Below are positions 8,640 to 17,054 of a DNA stretch of 64,000 nucleotides, one piece after another. A program made the translations under genes and the position numbers. The notes under the pieces are model-generated. The model was given only the letters and a program-made list of their open reading frames with translations. It did no database searches and was not told the origin of the DNA. The stretch's first letter is position 1, and each line of letters starts with the position of its first letter. Source of the DNA: a virus. The stretch is from positions 1,113 to 65,112 of IMG/VR virus record IMGVR_UViG_3300023073_000004; one strand, 5' to 3'.

Positions 8640-9181
8640 GGGGCACCCCGCAATGCTAGTTCGTTGTGCAGTCGCATGATTTCCCCGTTTGCTGCGCTGA
8701 GTTCCCCCTCCACCTCCCGCACCCGTGCCTCGGCTTGGTCGGCGCGGGATTCGGCGTCAATCGCTCGGTCCAATGCCGCATCCTGAGCAGCCCTCGCAGC
8801 CTGCCCGTCTGCGGCGGAGTCGAGGAGAGTGCGAGCGTCTCGCAACGTCCTGGTGCCGTCCGGCCTAACCTCCCAGTAGTGCCAATCGGCAACGCGCTCA
8901 GCTGCTATATCGATCAGTGCCTGTAGGTCGGCGCTCTCCAGTTCCGCGTAAGACGTGCCGAATCGTGCCGTTCGACAATCAAGCGCGTTCAGCGCGCGCC
9001 CGATGACATGCGAGCCACCAACAGCCTCCATCGCCATCACCCGTCGGGCTGTGGACAGGAGGGCGTCGATGTCGGAGCACAGCACGGCCTTGCTTGTGAC
9101 TTCCATGTCCGTCTCTTCCACGGCGGGCGCGGCGATCACCCGCTCAATCGTTTCTGCTAGAGGGTCGGTCATGGCGCTCAC
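8636..9181 (-). CDS. Hypothetical protein with a C-terminal coiled coil
   Basis: Overlapping start/stop coupling at both ends. Confidence 0.55.
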   Translation of the reverse strand: MSAMTDPLAETIERVIAAPAVEETDMEVTSKAVLCSDIDALLSTARRVMAMEAVGGSHVIGRALNALDCRTARFGTSYAELESADLQALIDIAAERVADWHYWEVRPDGTRTLRDARTLLDSAADGQAARAAQDAALDRAIDAESRADQAEARVREVEGELSAANGEIMRLHNELALRGAP

Positions 9182-9591
9182 AACCCCGCCCTTTCCAGCC
9201 GCCCAATCGCGTCGTCGAAGTGGTCGAGGAGGGGGACGGGGTCGGCGATGAGACCGCGAAAGAACCGCTTGCGCATGCCGCTAAGTCGCCTTTCGATCTT
9301 CTGGCGCCTGGCCTCTCCGAACCGATCGGCAAACCCCGCGAAGTCACCAACACGAAAGTCGTCCAACGCGCGCTCCTCAACGTCTAGGCCATCGCCTTTC
9401 CCGCCGTGCATGTGCGACCAAGCGGCCCCTGCGCAGACCCCGCAGATTGTGCCGAATGGCGCATTGCTCAGACGACGTCCGCCGCGGTCCGTGTACCAGG
9501 ACATGTAGAGCACCACCCCGCAATCCAGCAGCTCCAGCATGGCATCGCGGGACTCTTTGAGCAGTTGTGAGGGCTTGATTTGAAGGGTCAT
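9178..9591 (-). CDS. Hypothetical protein
   Basis: MTLQIKPSQLL...; ATGA overlap at 9588-9591. Confidence 0.55.
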   Translation of the reverse strand: MTLQIKPSQLLKESRDAMLELLDCGVVLYMSWYTDRGGRRLSNAPFGTICGVCAGAAWSHMHGGKGDGLDVEERALDDFRVGDFAGFADRFGEARRQKIERRLSGMRKRFFRGLIADPVPLLDHFDDAIGRLERAGL

Positions 9592-9857
9592 GGTTTCTTC
9601 GGGATGGGGCCGAGGGGTATGCCGTTGTCGTCCATGTATTGGCAGTCGGCGCTGCTCAGGAATTGCTCGCCGCACTTCAGGCAGCGAGGCACGCATCGCC
9701 CGCCGCATTGGTGGCACAGTTGCCAGTCGGCATCGTTGGCCATGGCGGCGCGGAGGTCTCTGGTCTGTTGTTCGCCGGCCTGCTCATCGTGGAAGTCCAA
9801 GACGTTGGCGAACAGCCGGTCCACCAACTCCAGGGCGCGGGATTTGGGGTCAGGCAT
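9588..9857 (-). CDS. Small Cys-rich (zinc finger-like) protein
   Basis: CHQCGGRC...CLKCG motifs; AGGAG RBS. Confidence 0.6.
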   Translation of the reverse strand: MPDPKSRALELVDRLFANVLDFHDEQAGEQQTRDLRAAMANDADWQLCHQCGGRCVPRCLKCGEQFLSSADCQYMDDNGIPLGPIPKKP

Positions 9858-10248
9858 GGTTCTCCTTCAGCAACCGCGCGAGGCGGCAATCGGAGGCGTG
9901 GCCAGTCTTGCTCAGCGTGACGCCTGGCGGTGGCTCATATGCGGGGTCGGAGCCGCCGCAGAAATGGCAGACAGGCTCGCCGATGTTGTGCGACACGTGC
10001 GGGAACTCCACCGCCTTCAGCACCTCCCGCATCTCCTGGGCGGAGGTGAGTGATGCGAGAATTAGAGAACGGAGTCGCGTGCGTTCGTGGAAATAAGCCC
10101 CAGCGCCGTCTACGTGCGCGCGGACCAGGGCATCCAGTGCGCCCTCTTCCACGCGGATAAACATGCCGTAGAAACCGCGCGCTATGTCGTCCAGTGAACC
10201 CCACCACGTTGCGACGAGTGGGTCGGCGAAGTTGATTTCGGCGCTCAT
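9850..10248 (-). CDS. Hypothetical protein with CxxC and HxxxC motifs
   Basis: CHFCG...HASDC; coupled. Confidence 0.55.
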   Translation of the reverse strand: MSAEINFADPLVATWWGSLDDIARGFYGMFIRVEEGALDALVRAHVDGAGAYFHERTRLRSLILASLTSAQEMREVLKAVEFPHVSHNIGEPVCHFCGGSDPAYEPPPGVTLSKTGHASDCRLARLLKENHA

Positions 10249-10526
10249 GCCCACTCCCGCAACGTGAAGACGTGAACGGGCGGAGCGGCGAACATGCCCT
10301 CCTCTTTGGCAAACCCGAGGTAGCGAAACCGACCGAAGTCGTTCTCGTCCCCGAACGTGGTGTCGACCGGAAAGCTCCAGAACGCGCGGAGCAGCTCGTC
10401 GGTGCCGGGGTCGACGATGGCGTGCAGCCAAACGTGGCAGCAATCCATGTCGACTCCGAGGAATTCGACGACGGTGGGGACCATGGCTTGGCCGCTGGTG
10501 ATGTCGTATTTGCGAATGGCTTTCAC
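10245..10526 (-). CDS. Conserved small phage protein
   Basis: MKAIRKY...WLHAIVDP...YLG...VHVF pattern common in phages. Confidence 0.6.
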   Translation of the reverse strand: MKAIRKYDITSGQAMVPTVVEFLGVDMDCCHVWLHAIVDPGTDELLRAFWSFPVDTTFGDENDFGRFRYLGFAKEEGMFAAPPVHVFTLREWA

Positions 10527-10582
10527 GCTGCCTCCCTTTCCACAGCCCGGCAGTTGGCGCGGACCGGTTCAATCCTCGTCAT
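10523..10582 (-). CDS. 19-aa micro-ORF (MTRIEPVRANCRAVEREAA)
   Basis: Start overlaps the upstream stop (ATGA) and its stop overlaps the downstream GTG (GTGA); carries the GGGAGG SD for the next gene. Confidence 0.5.
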   Translation of the reverse strand: MTRIEPVRANCRAVEREAA

Positions 10583-10905
10583 GCTGCAACCGCCTTGGAT
10601 GCCGCTGCCACCACGGCCTTGCTCGCCAGCGCATTGCCGACCAGAGTCTCGACAGTTTGCCGACCTTCCGGGGTCAGCTCGTAGCGAGTGGGTCCGCCGC
10701 GCCTTGAGGCTTCGGACATGATGAGTGCCGGCAGGCTGGCAATCGCTCGTCGAACCGTACGCTTCGTGCAGCCGACCACGTGCGCTAGCTGGGCGAGCGT
10801 GGGCCAGTGCGGTGCCGTGTAGAGCGCGACCAGGACGCTTTCCTCGGCCTCGGTGAGGGCGAAGCTGCCGCAGTGTGGGCAGCGAGGTTTGGAGCGAGTC
10901 TTCAT
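10579..10905 (-). CDS. Winged HTH DNA-binding protein with an N-terminal CxxC
   Basis: TLAQLAHVVGCTKRTVRRAI helix-turn-helix; YELTPEG wing. Confidence 0.7.
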   Translation of the reverse strand: MKTRSKPRCPHCGSFALTEAEESVLVALYTAPHWPTLAQLAHVVGCTKRTVRRAIASLPALIMSEASRRGGPTRYELTPEGRQTVETLVGNALASKAVVAAASKAVAA

Positions 10906-11135
10906 GCTGCTTCGCTTTCTTGGATGGTCTCGACCGGCGCCTTGCAGCGCGGGCAGAGCTCGTGGATCTTGTTGGGCACCCAAGTCCCGAGCCCGTACGT
11001 CTTGCCGCAGCTCTCGCAGCAGACGCGCGGCGCTTCGCACCAAAGCTGGCCGTGCTCGTCCGGGTCGAGGCCGCAGAAGCTGCCGAGGGGCCAAGCGAAG
11101 CCGGGGCGATCCCAGGTGAACGTTACTCCCCGCAT
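10902..11135 (-). CDS. Small zinc ribbon protein
   Basis: CESCG...CPRC. Confidence 0.55.
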   Translation of the reverse strand: MRGVTFTWDRPGFAWPLGSFCGLDPDEHGQLWCEAPRVCCESCGKTYGLGTWVPNKIHELCPRCKAPVETIQESEAA

Positions 11136-11458
11136 CGCACCCTCCGCGCCTCAGCTCTCCTTTGGCTGCGTTCAAGATCCCAAGCCTCCGCCCGCCTCGG
11201 CCTCAACCTAGCCATCCGCTCCGCCACGTCCCTTTCAACAGTCGGATACGCCGCCGGCACGACCACAGCGCCCTCACCGAAGGCCCGAGCCATCGCGCGA
11301 GCCTCCTCGTAAGCACCATCGCCGGTGAGTCTGGTGCCGGTGCGCGAGAGGACGAAGTGGCGGCCTTGCGGCGGTGGCATGGGGTGGAGGCGCTGGGACG
11401 CGAAGACGGACTCTTGGCGGCGGCGGAGGATGGGGTTGCGGGAGCGGTAGCGGGTCAT
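11123..11458 (-). CDS. Hypothetical protein
   Basis: ATGA overlap with the methyltransferase stop. Confidence 0.5.
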   Translation of the reverse strand: MTRYRSRNPILRRRQESVFASQRLHPMPPPQGRHFVLSRTGTRLTGDGAYEEARAMARAFGEGAVVVPAAYPTVERDVAERMARLRPRRAEAWDLERSQRRAEARRVRCGE

Positions 11459-12342
11459 GCGAAAAGTTCCATCTGCTGTCCCTGCTCGGACAGCTGGAGG
11501 TTTCGGACGGCCTGCGCCCAGTACTCGGGCTTGAGCTCGCATCCGAGGAATCGCCGGCCCATCTGGAGCGCCTGGTAGCCCTCTGACCCGATGCCGCCGA
11601 AGGGCGAGAACACTAGGTCTCCCGGATTGCTCCAGAGCCCCACACAGCGCTCGATGACGTCGAGCTGCAGCGGGCAGAGGTGCTTCTCATCTTTGTCGGT
11701 GCGGACGACCTGGACGTTGAGCACGTTGGTTTGGTCGACGGTCGTCCAGACGGGCGAGGCCCATTCCTGCCATTGCTGCAGCGGGAAGGTCGCCTCGGTG
11801 TGCGTCACCGGATCGATCGGGTCGCCCTCCTCGGGCCACTTGCGGAACGTCAGGACGTACTCGGCGAGCCCCTGGCGCGAGAACGAGCTGTCGGCGCGGA
11901 GCTGCTTGTAGAGCAAGCCATGCGCCTTCGTCCGCTGCATCTCGATGACCGGATCCTTCCAGATCGTGACCCGCGAGTGGTACTTCCAGCCGGCCGACTC
12001 GTGGGCGCGGACCAGGCCACCGGGGAAGTCGCGGAGCCCTGCCCTGCCGTCGGCAGAGCTGCCCGCGTAGTCCGGCAGGTCCTTGCAGTGCACGCACGCA
12101 AGGCGGCCCGGCTTGGTGATGCGCAGGAGCTCGCGGGCAAGGAAAGCGTAGTGAGCGAAGAACTCGGCGTCGCTCTTGCAATTGCCCATGTCCCGCTCGC
12201 TGTCCGAGTAGGTGTAGAGCGACGAAAAGGGCGGGCTGAATACGGACAGTCCGACGCTGCTGGTCGGGACGTCGCGGATGAACTCGACGCTATCGCCGTT
12301 GACCATGTGCCAGCTTGCGCCGGTTGCCTCGTTGACAATCAC
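11455..12342 (-). CDS. DNA methyltransferase, beta class (N4-C/N6-A family)
   Basis: Catalytic SPPF near the N-terminus, SAM-binding FSPFGGIGSEG near the C-terminus, HLCPLQLDVIERC; GTG start with GGAGG SD overlapping the helicase stop. Confidence 0.9.
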   Translation of the reverse strand: MIVNEATGASWHMVNGDSVEFIRDVPTSSVGLSVFSPPFSSLYTYSDSERDMGNCKSDAEFFAHYAFLARELLRITKPGRLACVHCKDLPDYAGSSADGRAGLRDFPGGLVRAHESAGWKYHSRVTIWKDPVIEMQRTKAHGLLYKQLRADSSFSRQGLAEYVLTFRKWPEEGDPIDPVTHTEATFPLQQWQEWASPVWTTVDQTNVLNVQVVRTDKDEKHLCPLQLDVIERCVGLWSNPGDLVFSPFGGIGSEGYQALQMGRRFLGCELKPEYWAQAVRNLQLSEQGQQMELFA

Positions 12343-13724
12343 CTTGCCTCCTGGATCCATGAGGGCAGGCAAGCTCGCTTGGCCCCCGAGTACTTCACGA
12401 CGTTCGGTTGTGTGAGCGTCACTGCCTCGCGAGCCGCACGCATCATGTCAGCGTGCATCGCCTCGAAGGCGGCGCGCTTCTCGTTCAGCACGTCAATCAC
12501 GTGCGCTTCGGTCGCCCCGCTCACCATGTAGCAGTCGACCGCCCTGGACTGGCCGAAGCGCCAGCACCGACGCACGGCTTGGTAGTAGGACTCGAAGCTG
12601 TACGTCGAGGCGACGAAGGCCATGCGTGCGCAGTGCTGCCAGTTCAGGCCGAACCCTGCGATCTTCGGCTTGGCAATCAAGACACGGAGCTGACCAGTTG
12701 CGAACGCGCGGAGTAGCTCCTCTTTCGCGTCGAGTGAGAGCGAGCCGCGCAGGTTCCCTGCATCAGGAATGGCGGCCTGTAGCGCGTCGCCCTCATAGTC
12801 CGTCTCCGTCCAGAGCACCCACGGCTCCGCCGGTTCGGCCGCGACTAGTTCAGCGACCTTGGCCACGCGCTCGGCAACGGTGCGTCGCCGCTCCTCGTGG
12901 ATCTTGGTGGCGGACAGGCCAGGGTCGCGGAAGAGAGCCCCGGCGCGGTCCGTCACCATGTCCACTTCGACGACTACGGGGCGGAGGCGAAGGGGCGGCA
13001 GGATGTAATCCTCGTCGCTGAAAGGTCCCACGTCGGACGGCAGGCGGCACATGGAACTCCATGAGCAAACCCAGCGCCAAAACTGCTCGACTCCGTGGCC
13101 CTTGAGCCTGAACTTGCCGGCTTCAAAGGTCGTGATGAACCACCGCGCGATCATCTCGTGACTCGACAGCAGCGACAGGAACTCGGAGTGGTTGCCTAGT
13201 TCCTGGATGTCGTTCGGGGCTGGCGTAGCCGAGCAGGCGAGGCGGTAGGGGGTCGCCCGGAATGCGTCGACGATGCGTCGTTTCGTGACGCCGGAGTAGG
13301 CTTTCAGGATGCCGCTCTCGTCGAGGATGACCCCGCCGAACTTGGCTGGATCGAAACTCTGGAGGCGCTCGTAGTTCGTGATGACGATGCTATCGCCAGG
13401 CTGCACGTCTGCGCCGGTCGCGCGATAGACGACGTCAATGCCGAAGCGCTCGCCCTCGGCTACGGTCTGACCAGACACGGCCAGCGGAGCGAGCGCCAGT
13501 ACCGGGAGCTTGGTTTTGCCCCGCACCTTCTCTCCCCACGCGAGCTGCATGGGCGTCTTGCCGAGTCCACACTCGGCGAAGATTGCGGACCGTCCGCGTC
13601 TCAGAGCGAGCTCGACCAGTCGTCGCTGGAACGGGTAGAGGAACGCAGGCAAGCGGGAAACGTCGAACCCGCTCTCGATGACGGGGTCCCGCTTGGACGC
13701 GATGAAGGCTTCGTAGTCCGTCAC
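12339..13724 (-). CDS. SF2/SNF2-type helicase
   Basis: Walker A ECGLGKT, Walker B ILDES, motif III SATP, motif VI QAVRRCWRFGQ; GTG start overlapping the Dam stop. Confidence 0.9.
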   Translation of the reverse strand: MTDYEAFIASKRDPVIESGFDVSRLPAFLYPFQRRLVELALRRGRSAIFAECGLGKTPMQLAWGEKVRGKTKLPVLALAPLAVSGQTVAEGERFGIDVVYRATGADVQPGDSIVITNYERLQSFDPAKFGGVILDESGILKAYSGVTKRRIVDAFRATPYRLACSATPAPNDIQELGNHSEFLSLLSSHEMIARWFITTFEAGKFRLKGHGVEQFWRWVCSWSSMCRLPSDVGPFSDEDYILPPLRLRPVVVEVDMVTDRAGALFRDPGLSATKIHEERRRTVAERVAKVAELVAAEPAEPWVLWTETDYEGDALQAAIPDAGNLRGSLSLDAKEELLRAFATGQLRVLIAKPKIAGFGLNWQHCARMAFVASTYSFESYYQAVRRCWRFGQSRAVDCYMVSGATEAHVIDVLNEKRAAFEAMHADMMRAAREAVTLTQPNVVKYSGAKRACLPSWIQEAR

Positions 13725-14344
13725 TCTGCCGCTTCTCCATCCCCGCCAAAGGCGTCGTTGCCGTAGTCTGGATCGGACCACGGGCAGCCCTCGGCGTGTC
13801 CCGGTCCCGGGTCTTCGACGTCGGTGTCGCCGCAGGCGCATTCGATGGCCTGGTCCCAGCGCCAGGTGTCGAAGCCGACGACGCCGAACCCGACGCAGAT
13901 GAGGATCAAGTCCTTGGGGTAAGGGTCGTCCGCTCCGAGGAAGGTGATTCTCGGCGAGAGCCCGAGCACGAGCGCCTTGCCGTGGATGTGCTTGCGGTAC
14001 CACTCGGAACCGACCGACGCGGGCACGAGCATAAGGGTCCAACGCTTGAGCCAGCGGCACTCGTCGGTGAGCTTCTGGGCCCAGACGCCGATGTTGGCGA
14101 ACGGCGGGTTCAGCCACGCAACGTAGGCACTCGGCTCATCTTCACTCGGCGTTCTGAGGTGCGCCCAGCTCTGCCGGAGCGAATCCTGCTCGGGCGAGAA
14201 GTGGCATTTCACGCCAGCGATTTGCTCGCCTGTCGTGGCAGCGAGGTCGAACGTCGGACGGCCAAAACGCTTGGCAACAGCGTCGATGAACTCGGGCGGG
14301 GTCCGATAGTCCTGCTTCGAGCGGCCGGGTTTCTGGGCTGGCAT
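13721..14344 (-). CDS. Phage DNA N6-adenine methyltransferase (Dam-like)
   Basis: YRTPPEF, FDLAA and WLNPPF motifs typical of the phage Dam family. Confidence 0.85.
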   Translation of the reverse strand: MPAQKPGRSKQDYRTPPEFIDAVAKRFGRPTFDLAATTGEQIAGVKCHFSPEQDSLRQSWAHLRTPSEDEPSAYVAWLNPPFANIGVWAQKLTDECRWLKRWTLMLVPASVGSEWYRKHIHGKALVLGLSPRITFLGADDPYPKDLILICVGFGVVGFDTWRWDQAIECACGDTDVEDPGPGHAEGCPWSDPDYGNDAFGGDGEAAE

Positions 14345-14346
14345 CG

Positions 14347-14517
14347 TCACCCCTCCCCTCCCCCCACCAATACGCCACACCAAAGAACATGCTCCGCCTC
14401 CTTGCGCAGCTCGCCGGGCGTCAGTGCGCGGGCGGTGGCGGAGATTTGGAAGAGTCGCCAGGCGAGCGCGCGGGGGAGGGAGGTGAGGTGGAGGGAGGTG
14501 AGGTGGAGGGAGAGCAT
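14347..14517 (-). CDS. Small hypothetical protein with an LHLTS tandem repeat
   Basis: MLSLHLTSLHLTSLPRALAWRLF...; fills the gap between coupled genes. Confidence 0.45.
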   Translation of the reverse strand: MLSLHLTSLHLTSLPRALAWRLFQISATARALTPGELRKEAEHVLWCGVLVGGGEG

Positions 14518-14525
14518 GGCGATTC

Positions 14526-15485
14526 TCAGATGTGGCAGTCGAAAACGCTGAGCAGCGTGTCAGGCGGCAGGTCGTCGAGGAGCTTGCGGTACTGCTCATC
14601 CCAGGCGGATTCGCTCTTCTCGTCGGCGACGTGGCCGAACCAGCCCATGCGGCCGCGCTCGAACCATTTGCCGTTGCGCAGGACTGCGAAGGTGCGGATG
14701 CGGTTGTCCTCGCAGCGCCGGACGTACGCCGCGCGGTCGGTGCCAAAGTTGTCGATCACGCAGTCGAAAAAGGCCTTCAGCTCGCGCTCGACTTCTCGGA
14801 TCCCGTGCTGCTGCTTGTAGAACCGACGAGCAGCATCGATGGGCGCTTCGTCCTCACGCGCGAAGTCTTGGGCCAACGCCGATGGCAGACCCTCGGGCTT
14901 GATCCCGAACATCGCCAGGGTGGCTTGCCAGCCGATCACGGTGTCGGGCACGTCGTGCTTCTGGCGGGCCGCCAGGTAGGCATCGAACTCCTTGTTGGCC
15001 TCTGCTGCCGCCTCGGCTCGCATTGCATCGAAGTCGATGTCGCCCGCTCGTGCCTGGTCGACGGTTCCGGCCTCTGCCGGCGAGGTCATCAGACCAGGGC
15101 GACCTAGGCTGCCCGCTCCGGCCTGCTTGACCCGAAAGAACCCGGTCCAGCGCCCGCCGAGGACGTACCAATCCCACTTCCTGTTCGGGTTGGTCCGCCG
15201 GATTCGTTCGACGAACTGCCCGGAGGCGTCGATTCGCATCCACCCGTACTGGTGGGCGCCGGCCCTGTCGGGTTCTCCGTCGCCCTCCAAAAGCGTGCCG
15301 CCGAACCAGTCGGATGCCTGCTTCACGGTCCGAGTCGGGTCCTCGGCAAGCCATTCGCGCACCTCTGCGGACTCGTCGACGTCTTGCACGAACTCGTCAT
15401 CGATGCCTGTGCACTCGAACTCGTGGAACGGCTGCAGCTGCTTTTCTGGATCGGGTCCGATGACCAGGACAGTGAAGTGACTCAT
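14526..15485 (-). CDS. Conserved phage protein of unknown function (MSHFTVLVIG...NPNRKWDWY..GGRW family)
   Basis: Recognisable motifs SHFTVLV, KWDWYVLGGRW, GKWFERGRMGWFG, VFDCHI; strong RBS GAAAGGAAACACC. Confidence 0.75.
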   Translation of the reverse strand: MSHFTVLVIGPDPEKQLQPFHEFECTGIDDEFVQDVDESAEVREWLAEDPTRTVKQASDWFGGTLLEGDGEPDRAGAHQYGWMRIDASGQFVERIRRTNPNRKWDWYVLGGRWTGFFRVKQAGAGSLGRPGLMTSPAEAGTVDQARAGDIDFDAMRAEAAAEANKEFDAYLAARQKHDVPDTVIGWQATLAMFGIKPEGLPSALAQDFAREDEAPIDAARRFYKQQHGIREVERELKAFFDCVIDNFGTDRAAYVRRCEDNRIRTFAVLRNGKWFERGRMGWFGHVADEKSESAWDEQYRKLLDDLPPDTLLSVFDCHI

Positions 15486-15624
15486 GGTGTTTCCCTTTCA
15501 ATTGGTGACGCTCCAGCCCTCGCTCACTCGGGAGGGGTGCCCGGGGGATGGGGCTGGAGGCGTCGGACCTCGCCGGGGCTTATGGGGCCCCGTATGCGCA
15601 CATGCGCGCGAGGTTTCTCGTGAC

Positions 15625-16134
15625 TCAGAACGGGATCTCGTCGTCGGCTCCGTAGGTGGTCGGGCCGAAGTCGTCGGCCGGCGGGGCCCCGTTGCGAGGC
15701 GCCGGTTTCCGCTGCTGAGAGGGCGCAGGCTTGCCCTGACGACGGGCCATGAGCGTACCGGCCATGCGTTGCTTGAAGCTCTGCAGGGCGCCGCCGGAGA
15801 GCTCTTCCTTGAACGCGAGCCCGCCGCCGAGACGATTCACCCAGCGAACGCGCGGGAAGAACTTGCCCTCGTCGTTCTGCTCCTGCTCGATGACGAGCTG
15901 GACCTCGTTCTTGTCGAGGCCCTTGGGATCGGTGATGTCCACGCCGTCCCAGCCCATGTACTCGAGCGACTCGAGCGTGCGTTCCGTGGTTTTCTCGGTG
16001 AAGTAACCGTACCAGACGATGGTTTGCCCGCTGTCCTTCAGCTGAAAGAGGACGCCGATTTGTTCGCCGCCCTTGCTCGTGATGCCGAGCTTCCACTCGA
16101 TGGCCTTAGCCAAGTAGTGTCCGTTTTCGATCAT
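15625..16134 (-). CDS. Single-stranded DNA-binding-like protein
   Basis: Acidic C-terminal tip DDEIPF; adjacent to the recombination genes; AGGAGG SD. Confidence 0.75.
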   Translation of the reverse strand: MIENGHYLAKAIEWKLGITSKGGEQIGVLFQLKDSGQTIVWYGYFTEKTTERTLESLEYMGWDGVDITDPKGLDKNEVQLVIEQEQNDEGKFFPRVRWVNRLGGGLAFKEELSGGALQSFKQRMAGTLMARRQGKPAPSQQRKPAPRNGAPPADDFGPTTYGADDEIPF

Positions 16135-16148
16135 GGTCGTGCCCTCCT

Positions 16149-17054
16149 TCACGCGGCGCGGTGGTTGATTTTGGCGCGCAGCCAGTCGGCCAGTTGCGCG
16201 AGTTTGCGGGGATCGCCTGCAGCGCGGACACGTCCAGCTTCGGCCTGAGTGCGGATCTTCGCGTCGACCAAGCCCATCAGCTCGTCGAGGTCGTCGGCGG
16301 TGTCCTTGGCGTCGTCCTCGGAAACCCCAGCGCGGGCCGCGGTCTCGAAGTCAGCCCAGGAGAGCGGGAGCTCGCCGGGCAGGCCGTAGCGGTTCTTGGC
16401 GTCCCAAGCGGGGCGCGGCTCCGTCGAAAGGACGCGGCTCCCGTCACCGACGGCGCGGGTGCGCTTGTTCTTGTCGGTGTGCGTGTAGGTCTGATAGCGC
16501 GCGAAAAGCACCGCAGAAGGCCACTCTTTGATGAGCGACGATGCCTTGGCGTTCAGCTTCAGCTCGTAGCGCTCGTAGTCTTCGCCGGCAGGGTTCCTGA
16601 AGGAGCGGATGTGCGAGTGCGCCAGGATGATGATGTTCATCCCGCGCTTCGTGCGCAGCGCATCGAGGCGAGCCAGGAACGTGCGCCAGTTCTCCAGGGC
16701 AGCGACGTAGCCCTTGCCATAGCCAACGTCTTCGATGCTCTTCACGTTGGCCTCGGCGCAAACGTGCTCCCAGACCATCGCTTCGAACCAGTCCGCGGTG
16801 TCCAGGACGAACGTCTTGTAGTCGTGCTTCTCGGCTGTGAGCTCGTCGATGGCCTGCAGGGCCTCGGTGAACGACTCGACCGTCGGGAGTCGCTGAATGT
16901 CGAGCTCTTCCGTGCTGCCCTCGGCATCCATGAAGATGGGGGACGGCGCGTCGGCCGCGAACGTGGACTTTCCCACGCCCTCCAGTCCGTAAAGCACGAT
17001 CTTGAAGGGGGATTGGATGGGACCTTTTCTGACGTTTTGTAGGAACTTGCTCAT
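16149..17054 (-). CDS. Sak4-like AAA ATPase / ssDNA annealing protein
   Basis: Walker A YGLEGVGKS, Walker B FVLDT, ILAH and AKNR motifs. Confidence 0.85.
   Translation of the reverse strand: MSKFLQNVRKGPIQSPFKIVLYGLEGVGKSTFAADAPSPIFMDAEGSTEELDIQRLPTVESFTEALQAIDELTAEKHDYKTFVLDTADWFEAMVWEHVCAEANVKSIEDVGYGKGYVAALENWRTFLARLDALRTKRGMNIIILAHSHIRSFRNPAGEDYERYELKLNAKASSLIKEWPSAVLFARYQTYTHTDKNKRTRAVGDGSRVLSTEPRPAWDAKNRYGLPGELPLSWADFETAARAGVSEDDAKDTADDLDELMGLVDAKIRTQAEAGRVRAAGDPRKLAQLADWLRAKINHRAA

Noticed and set aside
11455-17054. Extended N-termini given by the ORF track (e.g. 12339-14117, 13721-14746, 17051-18205, 6220-7221, 33222-35156)
   Set aside because: Internal starts with SD and stop/start overlaps fit better; the extensions overlap neighbouring real genes
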